Source: Takakia lepidozioides
Taxonomy: Eukaryota > Plantae > Bryophyta
Length of the DNA: 64,000 nt
NCBI GenBank assembly: GCA_030704615.1
Contig: CM060731.1
Location: forward strand, 90,334,001-90,398,000
Direction of reading: 5' to 3'
The notes under the pieces were generated by a model. That model ran no database searches, was not told where the DNA came from, and saw only the letters and a program-made list of their open reading frames with translations. Shown in pieces: positions 61,466 through 64,000 of this stretch. How positions within the stretch are numbered: the stretch's first letter is position 1; each line of letters starts with the position of its first letter. A program made the translations under genes and the position numbers.

Positions 61466-64000
61466 TGTCGCGGCCCTTTGCCTTGAGGGCAGGGGGTCGG
61501 GACACATGAGGGGCTGCCTCTGTGGTGGGGGCAGCGGCAGCGATAGGTATAGGGGGCTGAAGCACCCTTGAGTGCCCAAGGCACTCAAGGACGCGGAGGC
61601 GCTCACTAGGTGGAGCCCCGCACACCGGGTTGCGGTGGGGGTGGCTCCACAAGGGGTGGTGGTAGCTTACTGGGACTTAGTGGGGGTGGCATAGGACTCA
61701 CCATGGGGGCGGAGACCTCGCGGTGGGAGTCGTGGGGAGTCTTGGGACTCATCACGGTCCATAGGGGCCGTGGTGAGCGGGCCAAGACTCACCGCGACTC
61801 ATCACCGGGAGTCGAGGGTTTTCGTGGTGGTTCGCCATAAAATGGCATGGCTGGTTGTGAAACCCCCGCGGACAGCTACACAAGTATATATAGGGAGTAG
61901 TAACCCCGAGAACGGTGCAAACCCGTTGGTGACCAAAAACTAGTGAGTGAGCGAGCGAGCCGGAAAGCGACCAAAGAGTGGGGAGCTATTCCGGACTGCC
62001 ATCTACCAAAGGGAATTCTCCTAGTCCCAAATAGGTGGAGGGTTTAGAGGGAAGCGAAGGGGGACCGTTATTTCCCGGTGAGCAGCCGAAGCTCCGAGTT
62101 GGCCCGGGCGGCCAGGTTGGGAGTCAGGCGCACGCATCAAAGCGAGTAACTATGACTTGACGGGGAGCTTACCGAAGTGAGGTGCGCGACACTTGGTATC
62201 AGAGCTTAGAGTTCAGTACGCGATCGTCCTTGGGTTTGGCCTCATCATGGGGTCGGGCAAGCCGAAGCGAAAGCGGAACGGCCCAAAAGATGATGATCCT
62301 GGTGAGCCCGATGGGGGCGACGTGTCACCGAGGCGGCCGTTTGAGGAAGCGATGCATGTTTCCAAAAACGAGGCCGCCCAAGAGAGGGAGGAATCCGAGG
62401 AGTCGGAGCCCGAGGAATCCTTGAGAGCTCCGACAAACCAAGAGATGCCTCCCATGCCGGCAGCCTTTTGGGAAGGGTTGTTGGCGCAATTTGGCGGGAC
62501 GTTGAAAGACGTGTTGAAGGCGGCCAATGCCACTTCCACTAAGGCAAAGTTTAAGGTGAAGCCTAAGGAACCCGGCACCTTCGAGGGCGTCCGAAATCGG
62601 AAGGCACTCAACACCTGGCTCTTGGAGCTAAAGCTGTACTTCCGGGCGGCCAAGTTGAGTGATGAGGATCGGGTGGAAGTGGCTCCCACCTATTTGAGGG
62701 GCTATGCTCAACAATGGTGGCAGAAACGCCTTCACGACCGAGGCCCAAGCCCGGAAACCTTGAACTGGAGTGGGTTCAAGGAATTGATGAAGAGACAGTT
62801 TGTGCCCCTCAACGCGTCCTGGCTCGCCCGGGACAAGATGAGGAATTTGAAGCAAACAGATGACATTCGGGGATATGTCCAGGCTTTCAATGTGCTGTTG
62901 CTCGAAGTCGCAGATATGGCAGAACCAAAAATGGTCTTCAACTTTGTGGCGGGACTGGCCCCATGGGCCAGGCGGAAGTTGGAGGAGAAGCCGCCCAAGA
63001 CTTTGAACGAGGCTATTGAGAGGGCTGAATGTTTCTCAGATGTCCCTAGGGGTGAAAGACAAGGCCGTACGGAGCTGAACCACAAGAAGATTCGGCGGGA
63101 AGGTGACTCCTTCCGACCGGAAAAGAAGTGGGATAGGCCACGCGGCAAAAATGGCACGTGGAAATCGAAGGGAGGGCCTTCACACGTCAAGGCGGCACCC
63201 GGTGCTTCGAAAGGAAAAGCGGGTGGAGCGGCTTATGGCGGACAGAGGGCGACCTTTGATGGAGTGTGTTTCAATTGCGGGGAGCCCGGGCACATGGCCA
63301 AGAAGTGCACGAAGCCCCGGCAATTGAACATGACTCGGGCGACCACGGAGCTGTCGGAAGATACCATCAGTCGCCTGGTGGAAGCGGTGGTCGCCAGGAC
63401 TTGCAAGGTAGGCAAATTTTCTTGTGAGTTGTATCAGGAAACTGGCGCCTTACGAAAAGGGAGTCAGTTATTGTTTGTGGATGGGATAATATCCGGAACT
63501 AATGTGTCGTTGTTGGTGGACACAGGAGCGTCGCACTCCTTCATGACACCGGCAACGGCACAAAAGCTGGGACTCCCGACAAGTGACGTGGGGGCCTCTA
63601 TTGAGGTGCGTTCTGCCAAAGGAGAACCACAGTTGGCGACAAGGTTGGCGATTGATGTTCCCCTTCAACTGGGGAGTTGGGAGGGACGTGAGAACTTCAC
63701 CATCTGCGAGATCGATGGAGTGGATCTCATTTTGGGGATGACCTTTTTGAGCAAATCCGGAGCGGTCATAGATGGCCGCAAGAGAGTAGTCACGCTGCCA
63801 TGTGGGAATGGTGGCGAGGTTTTACGAGTGTCAGAAACGCCCAAATCCGTGGGAGGGCGAATAAACCTTATGTCAGCAAAGGAGTGGGCCGTGGAGGAGG
63901 CACACGAACCCCAGTTTTTGCTTTACATTAGAGAAGTGAAGGGAGAAGGCGATGGGGAGCCGAGCCCAGATTGGATCAAGGGGATTTTGGAGAAATACCA
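61466..64000 (+). mobile_element. Chromovirus copy 3 (5' LTR 61466-62191, PBS, gag-protease; runs off the window)
   Basis: Perfect tRNA-iMet-type PBS TGGTATCAGAGC 62194-62205; left flank CCTTA. Confidence 0.93.
62247..64000 (+). CDS. gag-pol N-terminal part, apparently open to the window end
   Basis: ATG GGG TCG GGC AAG...; codons that are stops in copies 1 and 2 are sense here; CCHC knuckle and DTGAS intact. Confidence 0.75.
   Translation, partial: MGSGKPKRKRNGPKDDDPGEPDGGDVSPRRPFEEAMHVSKNEAAQEREESEESEPEESLRAPTNQEMPPMPAAFWEGLLAQFGGTLKDVLKAANATSTKAKFKVKPKEPGTFEGVRNRKALNTWLLELKLYFRAAKLSDEDRVEVAPTYLRGYAQQWWQKRLHDRGPSPETLNWSGFKELMKRQFVPLNASWLARDKMRNLKQTDDIRGYVQAFNVLLLEVADMAEPKMVFNFVAGLAPWARRKLEEKPPKTLNEAIERAECFSDVPRGERQGRTELNHKKIRREGDSFRPEKKWDRPRGKNGTWKSKGGPSHVKAAPGASKGKAGGAAYGGQRATFDGVCFNCGEPGHMAKKCTKPRQLNMTRATTELSEDTISRLVEAVVARTCKVGKFSCELYQETGALRKGSQLLFVDGIISGTNVSLLVDTGASHSFMTPATAQKLGLPTSDVGASIEVRSAKGEPQLATRLAIDVPLQLGSWEGRENFTICEIDGVDLILGMTFLSKSGAVIDGRKRVVTLPCGNGGEVLRVSETPKSVGGRINLMSAKEWAVEEAHEPQFLLYIREVKGEGDGEPSPDWIKGILEKY

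Overview
This is a repeat-saturated eukaryotic window, probably from a non-seed land plant (inferred from PLS/E+ PPR relics, spliceosomal introns and an iMet-primed chromovirus). I see no intact host gene. Most ORFs in the track are alternative frames of a few repeated elements. (1) A large Mutator-like (MULE) DNA transposon is present as several decayed or rearranged copies (about 1-11760, 20183-29980, 31990-35282 inverted, 37712-45115). It carries a GCM/WRKY-like zinc finger + DDE + SWIM transposase. Divergently it carries a spliced cargo gene of about 10 exons that I reconstruct as a ParB/Srx-like domain (DGNHRLLA) fused to a beta-class N6-adenine/N4-cytosine DNA methyltransferase domain (DIPD...LDLTCGTG). 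Its non-coding parts hold tandem arrays of the palindrome GGAAATTCGGCGCCGAATTTCC. A probable sister family at 59100-61465 has a compensatorily changed palindrome, GGAAATGCGGCGCCGCATTTCC. This ParB-MTase + palindrome-array transposon is the best candidate for an undescribed system. (2) A Ty3/gypsy chromovirus with LTRs of about 725 bp occurs as nested full-length copies and solo or partial LTRs with readable TSDs. (3) There is also a truncated gag-protease retroelement, PPR pseudogene fragments (partly shared with the MULE cargo intron), and a TTAA-flanked piggyBac-like insertion. All domain calls are by eye from motifs; no database searches were run.
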